In this document: piece after piece, positions 51,232-64,000 of the stretch
Layout: every line of letters starts with the position of its first letter
Position numbering within the stretch: position 1 is the stretch's first letter
Notes under the pieces: model-generated
What the model was told of the DNA's origin: nothing
What the model saw: only the letters and a program-made list of their open reading frames with translations
The model's database searches: none
Made by a program: the position numbers and the translations under genes
From: Spongospora subterranea f. sp. subterranea
Lineage: Eukaryota
DNA length: 64,000 nt
NCBI GenBank assembly: GCA_049724395.1
Contig: JAUGWO010000128.1
Span: 186,001 to 250,000 of the forward strand
Direction of reading: 5' to 3'

Positions 51232-53965
51232 TTAATTCCCACCAGTTTTATTCAAAGTTTCATTCAATCTATACTGTAGTGTAAAAGGAATTTTCTTGTT
51301 CTTCCAGGCAAAAGTTCGAGCTGATCTTAACGACATCAAGGGCTTTAATACCTAAACGAAAAACGTCATGAACAAATGGTGCCATTAGGCGAAGTGTTAC
51401 CTGTTCTTCACAGATGATATCTAAGACCAACTCTGGACGGTCAGCGTGAACGGTTTTGAAGTAATTTTTGACTTGTTCATTGTCAGCCTGCAAATTCTTA
51501 GGCTGGAACTAACTGGCGAACGACAAGCTCATACTGATAACTGTGTTATAACATAACAAGCTAATCTCCGCATTGGCAATGAATCATCTGCTTTCATTGT
51601 TGACCCTACTGATAAATACGGAAGGGCATTCATATCCGGATAAGGCACTACGTTGAATCTGGTTTCACATGGACGAATCGGTGGAAGGCGCCCCTATATA
51701 TGAACTAACTCAATCCAGAAAAAATATCGTATTATTGCCTTCACTAACGTCAAAAACCCACGATTTAACCCAAGGGGCGACAATGTCTTCAAATTCGGCA
51801 TAATCATACAGGTTCAACACTCGAAATAATGCAGACTTTGAGCCTATTGGTTGTTGGGTAATGATTAAACAATCAAGATCCGATTCAAAATCTCCGACAC
51901 GAGTCCCCTGATCATGCGATTATTTTGAGGACTGAAAATGGGATAATGATTACTGCTGCATGCTTTGGACTGTCGACCGGCTGATCTGGTTCAGGTAGCA
52001 ACCATTCCCGATCTATTTCAGGGCCTTCACAAGCTGACTGTTGTTTTTCAGTCTTCGACCGAGGTGACTCCGTTATCCTTAATTCGGATCGGTTGGCATT
52101 CTCTTCGGCAAATGTTCGCGTTGCTCGTAACGCATTTGTCCAAACTCTGAAAACGCTATCAAGGGCCTACAATTCATATTTAATTTGTGCTGAACTGAAT
52201 ACTGCGCGTTTCTGAATACCAAGCAGCACAGGTTGACTTTGTACAAACCTAGCTTCACTAAATCCGGGGGGATATCTGCACCAGCCTACAGGAAACTGTT
52301 CGAAGTATGATTCTCATGAGTAATCAATGACACTCACTTCCAGGTAAATATCCGCGAGAAACGCAGACGAACTTTGTAGAATTATTCCCAAACACCCTAA
52401 ATGTAAGTCTATTGAAAACCAACTTGGAACGGAAATTTCCGTCTGATATCTCTTCAGGACATCGTCGAAAGTGCAATTGGGCCCTAAGGACTCAATTTTG
52501 CGTTGACTGATTACGTCCCACAGTTCAATGCAATTTTTCATATCTTGAGTCAGAATAAAACGTCCGTCGTTTAAAACATGTGCCTGGACAATGGGCGGCC
52601 TCCCGATGATGTCATTTCGGGTATTCCTGCATGGTGGGCACGCATATGCGGCAACATCTCGATGTATCAATTCGCTATCAAAGTTTGCCGCTGTCAATCC
52701 TAAGGATGAGACATCCAGAGATGAGATTCTGCTATCACTTGTTGCGATATAAAGTCCTGTCTGAGATGGGTTTAAGCAGAGCCTGTTGACATGGGCACTT
52801 TCCAGAGTAGCGACCAGCGAAGTTTGACTATAATCCCGGTCGATGCAGACAACTTGTTTTGACCTGCCTGCTGCGTATATTTTCTTCAGGTCAGGATCGA
52901 CCGCCACTTGACATCCAATAATGGAATCAGATGATATCAATAACGCAACGAACCCCAGCAGATACCTGTCCATACTGCACCATCTACTAATGGTGTGTGC
53001 ATTTCGACACAAGTGCCTTGGCGCAAATCCCACATTCTAACAGTGAAGTCGCTACTGGCCGATACAAGCATTGACAATCTGGCATCGATTTTAACATCTC
53101 TAATGTTGGAAGTATGACCTGATAGCCTGCGTACTAATTCCCCAGACCTGGGATCCCATAGCCGAATCACCTGCAAAAATAGTAATCAACTGGACTGGTT
53201 AATAGCTGAGCAAGTTTGATACAATATACCTTGTCGGATGACCCAGATACGACTAAGTGCGACGAAGAACTAATGCCAACTGCATATATGGACCTGCAAG
53301 TTTCGTCATTGTCTGCATTAACGTCAGTTCTACGAAATTACACTTTCGTGAGCGACCGTACGTTCAGGAAAAGAAATAATTGGAGTTTGCATTTTCTCTA
53401 GGTCCCATAGATACAGCTGGTTGTCAAGACCACCTGATACCATCCGATTCGACTTTTCCGAAACCGAAATCCCTTCTACGTAATCGATGTGAAATCGGGA
53501 AGTTGATCTGCATTCACCAGTAACTTGGTCCCAAACTCTAATTGATTTATCGCATGATCCAGATATGACTGAAGACTTAACATTCATTTACGAAAAGCCC
53601 ATTCTGTTGACTCTTGTGCTTACTGTGATTTCCAAACATTGCTAGGGTTGTGACCCAATCAGTATGACCACGCCAACTTCCTTGACAATGAAATCCAGCC
53701 TCAACCGATTCGTCGGTGGATGACGTAGATTTGAAGTATTTCCATTCTTTGATGGTGGCGTCTCGACCAGCGGTGAATAAAACTTCTTGGTTCTGATCTA
53801 ACCCACAGCAGACCATGGCCTGAACCGCCGCTCCATGGCTCGCATTGGGTGCGAGATCCACCCCTAAATACATCTAGAGCTGCATCTTAGGCTCAATCAA
53901 GGTTTGCAGAGTGGAGAGTAGATCACCCTAACTTGACATTTCTCCGCCCCATCTGACGCCGACAT
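51232..53965 (-). CDS. WDR48: WD40 repeat protein WDR48/UAF1 (multi-exon)
   Basis: LFTAGRDATIKEW, HTDWV, IRLWDPRSG..L.GHTSNIR, VLNDGRFILT, VPSWFSIDLHLG, and C-terminal LDIICEEQVLKPLMSLRSARTFAWK. Confidence 0.88.
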
Positions 53966-56272
53966 GTGCTTATCGACGATTATGCCATCAATGTACTAGA
54001 TGAACCGCGATAGGATCTCCTGTGACTCGAATGAGGATAATACTGAGGACAGCACTAAAGGGCACTAAAGGGCCATTAGTCTTTCGGGTAACGACATGGA
54101 ATTCACGACGATTTATAAACACGGGTTACACAACACATCACAGTCAACGCGGCTACATTGCTACTGTGCTACAATGGTGTTACAGACCGAGGGCGGTACC
54201 TGAGCACACTGACATCGGTAGGTAACACAGCCCAATGGTACATCACCACACCCGGAAGATTGCGATGGCCCAAGCGGCAATGCCAGGTAGCTAGAGTCTG
54301 TCTTTTGCTTTGAGGACACCAAAGTAACAGTGCGTGGGATGGTATCAAAACACACTAGAATGGTCTAGAATGGTACTTTAACACACTTGTTGTGGATCGT
54401 CAACACACCCAAGTAACAACAACGCCGACTATATCAAACACAGTAGACTATACGTCCTACACAGGTCTATTTCGAGGTCCTTGTATCGCCGTTTCGCCCA
54501 CGGTCGTAATCGTGGCCGAATTGCTGGACCCAGATTTGCAATTACCTGGGGGCTACTTCATTACCGCTTGGTCGAAAACGATAGGGAGGTGCTGGCATCC
54601 AAATCCGTGGCTGCTACCTGGATGATAATGGACATTTAAAAGTCATTTTCGCAGTTGTATTGTTGGATTGCAACATGGCAACGGTTTTATTAGGTTAAGC
54701 ACTCCAACTGCAGCGCAGGGCCTGCGAGCCTGGGACGGCCCGGTCCAGCGACTGGATCACGGTTTCGGCGATTTGGTTCCGGACCTATGATGAATGCGGC
54801 CGCGGCGCCGCCGGGTTACTGGTATTGACCGGTTTGCCAACCGTTCGACCGGTGGAGGAACTCTTTCCACATGCATGCATGCATAAAATTCACGCAAATG
54901 TCAAACTTGAAAAATTATTGGCAATTACAGTTGCGTGGACTAACTGAGACTGACCACACATCAGGTGGCATGCCTAGGCGCTCAATTCTTAAAATATTTC
55001 TGAGATCGGAGACTTTTTTAATTTCAGAAATTTGTTGAGCCCCTCCTCCTCATCCACCATCGGATGCTCGAACTGAGATACCAGTACCTCCCTAACGTTT
55101 TCTACCAATCGGGCATGAAGTAGCCCCCTCCACCGGATTTTAATTTGTTGAATCGCAAAATTATACGTTCCGATGCCACTGGTAGGTGGAACGTTCGATT
55201 ATTTTCGTGCAATCGACGTCTGCCCAATGCCTGCAATATAACAGTCAGTTGCAGCCTGTCGAACGTTCGTCAAAACCGACATCAACAACGTCGGCACCGT
55301 CACGCTCGTCAACGCCGAAAATAAATAGGAGTACATCATAACGGTTTTTTGTTCTTCCCATGCCTCAGCTGGCTTGGGTGTTGCAAGTTTCGTCAAAACT
55401 GCTTCAACCGTGTTGATTTGCGCATTGTCTCGCCTATCGCGCCTGACAACACTTTGAATTTACTGGAGCGCAAGCATTGAGTATTTTACAGTTCCCGAAA
55501 ATTTTGCGACACCGAGCAATATGTTTTTCTAGAATTTTCGGAGTACGGTGAGGGTCTTCATTCAATAATTCTTTTGATCCTGTGCTTCATAGGACTATTT
55601 ACCTGAGGATCATCCATCATTCAGCATTTACAGTACCCAAAATCCTAACAATAGAGAATTACTGTTTGTTTAGCTGGTGAAGGCAGGGCATCAGCCTCAA
55701 AAATGGCGATGTGTTTTCCTCGGATCAAAACCTCTGAGGATCCACCAACAGTACATTTATCGATGGCGTATATAGCACCACAAAACAGATTATGTTCTCC
55801 TTGAACCTCTTGGCGTAACGTCGTTTGATGGGATCGATCGTTCGTGGATTACCATTGTCTTCGTGCACGAGGCTGCTGGACACCAACTGGGATTTGAACA
55901 CGGTGTGCGACGGTAACGTCGCTCGTATTTGTTTTGACGCTATTGCCTCGTTGATGTCCATTGCGATTGCGAGCCAATCATGATCTGCGACATCGTGATC
56001 GGAATCGGGATCCATGATTATTCGTAAAATATAAATGTTGGGGTGACCTGGCGCAAACCTGTGTGTTGAAGACTGATTTCTAGTGTATTGGAATCCGAAA
56101 TGGTGGGTTTTGGCGAATCAGTCTTGTGTGTTGGAGTCTGTACTTCAAGTCACAGTACTATACTCCCGCGCTCTTTGAAAATCATATTTTTGGTAAATTT
56201 CTTTCTTTCTCTCTCTTTTTCTCTTGCGTCCGTCCCAGTCCTCGTAGTATAAACCGTCCCGAAGCAGGTTAT

Positions 56273-57922
56273 CATGCCCTCCCGCAATAACGCAATCGAC
56301 AGAGCTCCGCCTCTAAAGCGACGCCACAGAACTCATCAAGAGCCTATGAACAAAGCGAGGCACATGTCACAAACAATGATGGCACCACCTCTAACTCCAA
56401 TGTTAGGCCCCAAATCACCAGCCTCGATTTGAAATCAGTTAACAAACTCATTCGTGAACACGACTCATACAAGTCGCTGGTGGAAGAACGACGTTCGGTC
56501 CACAAGGAGAACGTCTTTCCAAGCTCAATAAAGAGCTGTGTTGCCCTGCCATGACTGGGAGGTCTAGCGACATATATATTGATGAAGCCAGTCGAACGTT
56601 TTGTTTTTGATAAATCAAAATATAATTTAGTTAATCGAATAAGTTTAGAATTTGTCTTAAATTTAGTTAGTCTGATAAACCATCTGATAAACCACGAGTC
56701 AATCAAGGTCAAAGTTCTAACAATAATTCCTCCAACTTAAAGCGTCAAAGCAATCCCGCCACGTCAGACCAGGAATCGAAAGAGGTTCCTGAATACCTGA
56801 AGAAGCGCTACGAAGCAAAGCCGGTTCCAGTCAATGGTTGTCTGATTTTTAAAACCCCCATTTGGTTCAGATCTGCCCCAAGGCGACGGCCGAACGTGAC
56901 AAGTCGTTAAATTTCAACAAACGGCACATGGTTGACAGCTTTGACGTTCCATTCAAGCCTGCCACAATGTATCAGGTCAAGTTGAATGACTGAGACAGGT
57001 GCCCTGCGAACTGGATAACGGATCCAGCAGAAGCGCAATGAACATGGCAACATTACAACGGCTTCAAACTTTGACACATGTAGCTTACAAGCCGTTTCCC
57101 AACTTGTTGACCGGTAAACAGGCAACAATTGGCGCCGTAACCACATATCTTGGTTCGGCACTTCTCGATCTCAGTCTCGATTCTCACATTGGAATGACTG
57201 TAACATTACGTCGGCGAGAGGTTTACGTGACAAAGGAAAATCTATCGATGGCGTTATTCTAATCGGCAAACCCGAATTGTTCACACTCGGAATCGATTCA
57301 GATGTGCTACTCCTGAATATTGTGAAGGATGCCCCCAATAGTCATCTCCTTATTGACGATGAGTATACAAAGTGCCATCAAGCGGGTCTCAATCGATCAC
57401 ACCGCTGATCTTAGTCGCCGCGACGAACCTGGCGGTTTCGACATTGGCCAGGATGCTATAAGTGATATTGAAGCTGCCATCACTGATATGTGCGACCGCG
57501 CCTTTCAGAACGGTCTTCCGCAAGAGCATCGACAAGTCATTCCAGTGTGAGATTCGAGACTCAGATCGAGAAGTGCCGAACCCAGATATGTGGTTACGGC
57601 GCCAACTGTTGTCTGTTTACAGGGCACAAGTTGGCGAACGGCTTGTACTCTACATGTGTCAAAGTTTGTAGCCATGTCCATTGCGCTTCTGCTGGATCCG
57701 AGCGGTGTGATCGATTGAGACCCGATTGATGGCACTTTGTATACTCATCGTCAATAAGGAAATGACCATTCGGGGCATCCTTCACAATATTCAGGAGTAG
57801 TACATCTGAGTCGATTCCGAGTGTGAGCAATTCGGGTTTGCCGATTAGAATAACGCCATCGCTAGATTTTCCTTCGTCACGTAAACCTCTCGCCGACGTA
57901 ATGTTACAGTCATTCCAGTGTG
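56273..57922. mobile_element. Ty3/gypsy gag-protease remnant plus inverted permuted copy
   Basis: Degenerate Zn knuckle GCLIFKTPHLVQICP, protease VPCELDNGSSRSAM and ILIGKPELFTLGID. An inverted copy lies at 57535-57922. Confidence 0.75.
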
Positions 57923-58268
57923 CTCCAATATAAAAAAGTATAAAAATTATAGACATTCGTTTTCAAATATGATTGATACTAGGGTTTGAAATTGTCGGTT
58001 TCACTGGAATAGAGCACTTAAGTACACCCCATTCGTGGAAGCGTGCTTATGTAGCACATCTTTCGCCCTTCAAAATAAATGGGAATTTTACACTGCCGGT
58101 CAAAGTCCCCGGGTCCCCGGTAGCGCAGGTAGAGAAGAATATAGCGGAGATCTCAAATTTAGAAGAATTCGGGATAACCCATTCCACATATAATAATTCA
58201 TGGCCACGATTATGGCGTCAGCTAAAATTCCGTTCTACAGTATTTCAAAGGGTGAATAGTGCTTTATT

Positions 58269-60126
58269 CCGGGAGGTATTTCTGTCAGTCGACTGATAGC
58301 AGGCCACGCATCAGTCGACAACTAACTCCCACTAACTTAGTTAGTTGCGACTGATCCATCAGTCGCTGGTGTACACATGTACACTGTCAGGTTTGACTTT
58401 GAGCACGTGTGGTCGTGTGCTCAAGGATCCCCCCTGATTATCCGCCATTGCCATCTTTGATTATGTGGAACGCCCTTTCTTACGTTCGATCTCTTGCAAG
58501 TAAACGGAGTATATCCGATGTTTATGGTGAGGTTGAATTCGAACCGGACTCTGGCCCATTAGAGGATGCTGTGTCTCCGCCTGTTTCTGACCTGGTTGAC
58601 GCTCAGCATCCCGATGTTGTTCTGGATTATGGCGATGAGTTGAATGCTGGTCCCGCTCTGGATAATGATATCAATGACGTAAGACGAATAGAATGCTGAT
58701 ACTGTGCTGTATATTGACAATGCAGACCAGGACGATTTGAATGTTGATCCTTTGCTGTACGATGACTTTGGAGAACAGGATGATGTAAACATTGATCCTT
58801 GGCTGCACAATGAAAACTAGGATGATGTGATTATTGATTCTGCTGGCGAATGTGACGCTGCAAACCAGGACACGCCTTCTGTTTTTTCTTGTTTCGAAGA
58901 TATTTTGAAGTATAGATGCATATCAGATCCAATTCTAAAATCGAAAATCCCACCGGTTTGACAATATTGGTTACCAAAATCTATCAGTTTGCTAACGGAA
59001 TCCGGGTCGGAGCCAAACTTGCTTTGGTATCCTTTTTTGAGTAAACGACCAAGTAAGCGGCCGTCGTAATCACGGTCTGACCACTTGGCACGCATTGCCT
59101 CCCTGGCTTTAGAAACGCTAATTGATATCGCGCCCAATTCCATCACGTACTGCAGTTCTGCCAGAGAAATCTCGGAAGTTCTCTCAAAGAAATTCTTTGG
59201 GCGGCTCGCTTGAAATCTCTTCAGTATATGATTATGTCGGCGATGAGTCAGTGTCGGGACTATTTCATACTGATTCAAAAGAGGGTTGAATCGAAATTGA
59301 ACTCGGTAGCGATCTGAGCTTTCGGCAATCTCAGGTCTTTTGCATTGAGTGCAATAGAAGTGCCCTCGCCGGACAACATTTTTGAATGTGATATCCCCAA
59401 AACATTGGCGAAATTCATCTGTGGTAAAGTTTCGAAAGTTTTTCGCTAGACCAAAAATGCCTTCGGCAGCACGGGCTTCTTCAAACTTCAAAATATCTTC
59501 GAAACAAGAAAAAACAGAAGGCGTGTCCTGGTTTGCAGCGTCACATTCGCCAGCAGAATCAATAATCACATCATCCTGGTTTTCATTGTGCAGCCAAGGA
59601 TCAATGTTTACATCATCCTGTCCTCCAAAGTCATCGTACAGCAAAGGATCAACATTCAAATCGTCCTGGTCTGCATTGTCAATATACAGCACAGTATCAG
59701 CATTCTATTCGTCTTACGTCATTGATATCATTATCCAGAGCGGGACCAGCATTCAACTCATCGCCATAATCCAGAACAACATCGGGATGCTGAGCGTCAA
59801 CCAGGTCAGAAACAGGCGGAGACACAGCATCCTCTAATGGGCCAGAGTCCGGTTCGAATTCAACCTCACCATAAACATCGGATATACTCCGTTTACTTGC
59901 AAGAGATCGAACGTAAGAAAGGGCGTTCCACATAATCAAAGATGGCAATGGCGGATAATCAGGGGGATCCTTGAGCACACGACCACACGTGCTCAAAGTC
60001 AAACCTGACAGTGTACATGTGTACACCAGCGACTGATGGATCAGTCGCAACTAACTAAGTTAGTGGGAGTTAGTTGTCGACTGATGCGTGGCCTGCTATC
60101 AGTCGACTGACAGAAATACCTCCCGG
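58269..60126. mobile_element. Fold-back MULE/FAR1-like derivative: ~642 bp inverted arms around a transposase N-terminal fragment
   Basis: 58269-58911 is the reverse complement of 59485-60126 (I saw 2 substitutions and 1 indel). The spacer encodes RGHFYCTQC...HNH...DSVSKLIDF, truncated before the DDE core. Confidence 0.85.
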
Positions 60127-61042
60127 CTTTATTCCACGTATGGGGTGTACTTCAGTGCTTTATTCCACGTATGGGGTGTACTTAAGTGCTTTATTCCACG
60201 TATGGGGTGTACTTCAGTGCTTTATTCCACGTATGGGGTGTACTTAAGTGCTTTATTCCACGTATGGGGTGTACTTCAGTGCTTTATTCCACGTATGGGG
60301 TGTACTTAAGTGCTTTATTCCACGTATGGGGTGTACTTAAGTGCTTTATTCCACGTATGGGGTGTACTTAAGTGCTTTATTCCACGTATGGGGTGTACTT
60401 CAGTGCTTTATTCCACGTATGGGGTGTACTTAAGTGCTTTATTCCACGTATGGGGTGTACTTCAGTGCTTTATTCCACGTATGGGGTGTACTTAAGTGCT
60501 TTATTCCACGTATGGGGTGTACTTAAGTGCTTTATTCCACGTATGGGGTGTACTTAAGTGCTTTATTCCACTTATGGGGTGTACTTCAGTGCTTTATTCC
60601 ACGTATGGGGTGTACTTAAGTGCTTTATTCCACGTATGGGGTGTACTTTCAGTGCTTTATTCCACGTATGGGGTGTACTTCAGTGCTTTATTCCACGTAT
60701 GGGGTGTACTTAAGTGCTTTATTCCACGTATGGGGTGTACTTAAGTGCTTTATTCCACGTATGGGGTGTACTTCAGTGCTTTATTCCACGTATGGGGTGT
60801 ACTTAAGTGCTTTATTCCACGTATGGGGTGTACTTAAGTGCTTTATTCCACGTATGGGGTGTACTTAAGTGCTTTATTCCACGTATGGGGTGTACTTAAG
60901 TGCTTTATTCCACGTATGGGGTGTACTTAAGTGCTTTATTCCACGTATGGGGTGTACTTAAGTGCTTTATTCCACGTATGGGGTGTACTTAAGTGCTTTA
61001 TTCCACATATGGGGTGTACTTAAGTGCTTTATTCCACGTATG
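60126..61042. repeat. 31-bp tandem satellite (GCTTTATTCCACGTATGGGGTGTACTTMAGT) x ~30
   Basis: Directly visible; A/C dimorphism at one site; no spacers. Confidence 0.99.
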
Positions 61043-61813
61043 AAGTAGTGGTATGGTCTCTATTCACAACATACCTTACGATCCGGCACTGTTCCGGGAG
61101 CAACCGCGGTCGTCGAAATGGGCAACTGTCTGTGGCAGCAGACAATTACAACGGGCTCATCCCGGCTATGAAGATTAACAAGCTGTGAGGCCTTTTTTTT
61201 TTAATAAATATTATTGTATCAAGCGTTCATATATCACGAATACATAGTAGTGCAACACAGGTATAAAAACGTATATATTTTGCAACTTTACAAAAGAAAA
61301 AATGCATCTGTACGAAACTCAGAGCTCAAGTTTCAGCAGGTGTGTGGTAATTTGACTCGATGAGTCTGTGAATAGGGACCATACCACGACTTTCCACTGG
61401 ACTAACTACCCTTATCTGGAAGTGCTTCAGCTGTCTGCGTATAGTTTACAAACGAATGTACCGGGTCAGTTTACCTCAGGTTTCACCCTTGAAGACGACT
61501 CCCTTTCTCTACAGACTCTCCTTGTCTACAATATGATATCTACCGGGCTACTCAACCGCGTGGCCTCCATCAAAAGTGCAAAGTGATCAGAAGTGATCAC
61601 CATTCGATCCTCCCGGAATCTCAAACAAGAGGAGACGTAATGGGCACAGAAAATCAGAGTCTCTTGACCCGTCACAATCAGGTGCTGAAACGTGAGAAGT
61701 GGCCAAGCTGTTAAACATCACATTCCTAAATGGTCATTAATATCCTGGGTCGAATCTGGCCAAGTCAAGAGTAATTATCACATTCAATACCTGCTTCTTG
61801 ACTCGGATTTGGA

Positions 61814-63001
61814 ATGGATAACGACTTGGCAATGCTGAGCCGGCTGCCAAAAGTGGAACTGCATTGTCATCTGGATGGGACGGTCAGGGATTCCTTAATC
61901 TTTGATACTGCGATTCGTAGAGGCATACCGCTTCCCGAAGACGTTAATTGTCCCGCTGACTTGAGAAAATACACCGCTGTTGACGTGTCGTGTGGATCGT
62001 TAACCGAGTTTCTAAAACCATTTCAGTTCTTAACCCCGTATCTGAAGGGCGATAAAACTGCCCTTCGTCAAATGGCACTTGACGCTTGTGAAGACTTTGC
62101 CACACATAACATTATGTATTTTTCATGGTTTTGTTTTGCACCGTTGAGTTTGATAGGTTTAATGATAGATATGCCGAGATAAGATATTCACCTCATCTCT
62201 TTTCTGACCTCGAGTTCACTCCTGAAACCGTCGTGAGCACCATAACTGATGCGTTGCGAGAAGGTTCTGACAAGTTTGGAATACAAGTCAGCACGATCCT
62301 TTGTGCATTAAGACATTTTCCTGCATGGACAAAGGAAGTAGTCGATCTTGCTCATATGTATCGCGAACATGGTGTTGTTGGCATTGATCTTGCTGGTGAT
62401 GAAAGGTCTCATGATCGAATATAGCGTGTCAACCTCAACTAACATGGGCATAATTTAGACATTCTTCACTGCCTCACGCCGTCGAGTTTGCTAGGGCGAA
62501 GTCGTTGAATATCCATATAACTGCACATGCGGGTGAAATATCAGGACAGGTGCGTATGCTGCATGAGGCTATCATCAATGTCGAATCAAGTAAATATAGG
62601 AAATCATGCTTGTTGCTAAAAACCTTCACGCTGAAAGAATTGGTCATGGATATCACTGTGTGAACGACGTCGAACTATTCAACTTTGTGAAAAACAGTAA
62701 ATTGCACATGGAATGCTGTCTCACCTCGTCATTATGCACTCGTGCTTTTGTTGGCAGTCTCAAGGATCATCCAGTAATAACGTTCAATCGTCATTCGGTC
62801 TCATTTTCACTCAACACTGATGATCCACATATTTGTTCAACGAATCTGAATCTTGAGCTTCAACTTGCATTAAATGAGATCGGAATGAATCTGAATGATG
62901 TCGCTAATTGTTTGGTGAACGCTGTTAATGCGTCGTTCATTCCTGAACGCGAACGCAACAAATTACTTCAAAAGGTCCTATCTGGAATCCAAAATGTATA
63001 G
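61814..63001 (+). CDS. ADA: Adenosine deaminase (multi-exon)
   Basis: LPKVELHCHLDG, YAEIRYSPH, GVVGIDLAGDE, TAHAGE, AERIGHG, SLNTDDP. Confidence 0.95.
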
Positions 63002-64000
63002 TGTCCAACTGGGTTCCATCCCAATCAACAAATAGGCAAATAAATATTGTAGCAACCACACAAATTTCCATCGTTTCTCTACGATTGTTCTTTAGAAAAT
63101 GAAATAATTTCATGTATTGGAGCAAGCCCCATGGCGGGCGTTTCAATGGTCCCTCGCCAGCGCCGCCACGTTGCTCAATCAAAATAATTACGTCTCCACT
63201 TGAATAGTTTCGCAAGTGGAAACAACGACATTTCGACAGAAACGGGTTTTCACAAAATATTTCAACAATTGGAGAGAAGGGGACAAAAACTGAACGTAAG
63301 AGTTCTCAAAGAGAGTGGTACAAATCTCCTTCTATCAACCGAAAATGAGTTACTCGCATTTTAATGGAAATTCAAGATCGGCTTGGGCTGAAGCCTGGTG
63401 GGTCAAACACTTCCATCCAATGCTTTGGATCTTTGAATGGGCTGTGAATTTACTGGGTCCATCTCGATATTTGAAAACCGACGAAACAATATACCATCGC
63501 GGACCCCAAGCAAGATGATAAAAGGGGCCACCAAACTTGCTTGGAACATCTCATGTGCGACCCATAACTGTACAGTCTTTTTGTCGTCCTCGATTCTAGG
63601 ACGAACCGATTTTCCAGGCACGATACTGATAAAAAACATAGTAAAACACCAACTAGTTGCTGTTGTCTAGGAAAAGCATGGCCAAGGAACAGAGGTTGTC
63701 GTCAGCGACGATACATTTACCGACTTTCCAGCACCTTGAATGTTGGCAAGTGCTTCAGCTGCTGGTGCAGAACCTGAACCGCAATCTGTGAACCTTTAGA
63801 TGAATTTTTTTGCTGAATTTTCAAAGGGGTTGACGATTATAACAAAGCTGTCGTTGGGGAACATGTATTCCCTTTGCAAATTCGTGGAGACGAGGTGTAA
63901 AAAATTAATGCAGGTGGACCGCCTGTCTGCATTACTTTAAGGGTGGAGTTGCGATTGAGTTTTCGGCTAATGCTGTTAAGGAGGATGGTGCTCCTATTCC

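Noticed and set aside
54900..56015. Possible hAT transposase remnant
   Set aside because: Only a faint resemblance (ILRIERLGMPP) amid many stops.
60126..61042. CRISPR array or telomere
   Set aside because: Head-to-tail repeats with no spacers, no cas genes, a eukaryotic context and an interstitial position.
63300..64000. Gene at the right edge
   Set aside because: Short ORFs on both strands with no consistent splice model or motif.

Overview
This is compact eukaryotic (protist-like) genomic DNA of roughly 45% GC. It has short (~45-65 nt) GT-AG introns and convergent genes whose stop codons lie only 30-65 bp apart. Gene style is compatible with a plasmodiophorid/Rhizarian, but that is an inference. 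About 20 intron-containing genes are recognisable: LRRC34-like, PEX16, COG4, L-type lectin, ankyrin, VTT/DedA, SNF8, SET, MED6, C2H2 ZF, lysyl-tRNA synthetase, NDUFV2, PIGH, TFIIH p62, a secreted glycosidase-like protein, a double-PH protein, an O-fucosyltransferase-like protein, SEC24, WDR48 and adenosine deaminase. Between them lie decayed transposons (pogo-like, piggyBac-like, plant-type mariner, MULE, Ty3/gypsy, Ty1/copia). The most striking signal is about eight local fold-back (inverted) duplications of very different ages. Six lie in recognisable TE remnants, two in unassigned intergenic DNA, and none in a housekeeping gene. The two youngest end exactly in tandem satellites (18-bp x ~175 and 31-bp x ~30) built from neighbouring sequence, and a third is a circularly permuted inverted copy with a 15-bp terminal redundancy. 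This suggests a recurrent template-switch/rolling-circle process that turns TEs into hairpins, possibly Mu-killer-like silencing loci. Exon boundaries and identities were read by eye and are approximate.
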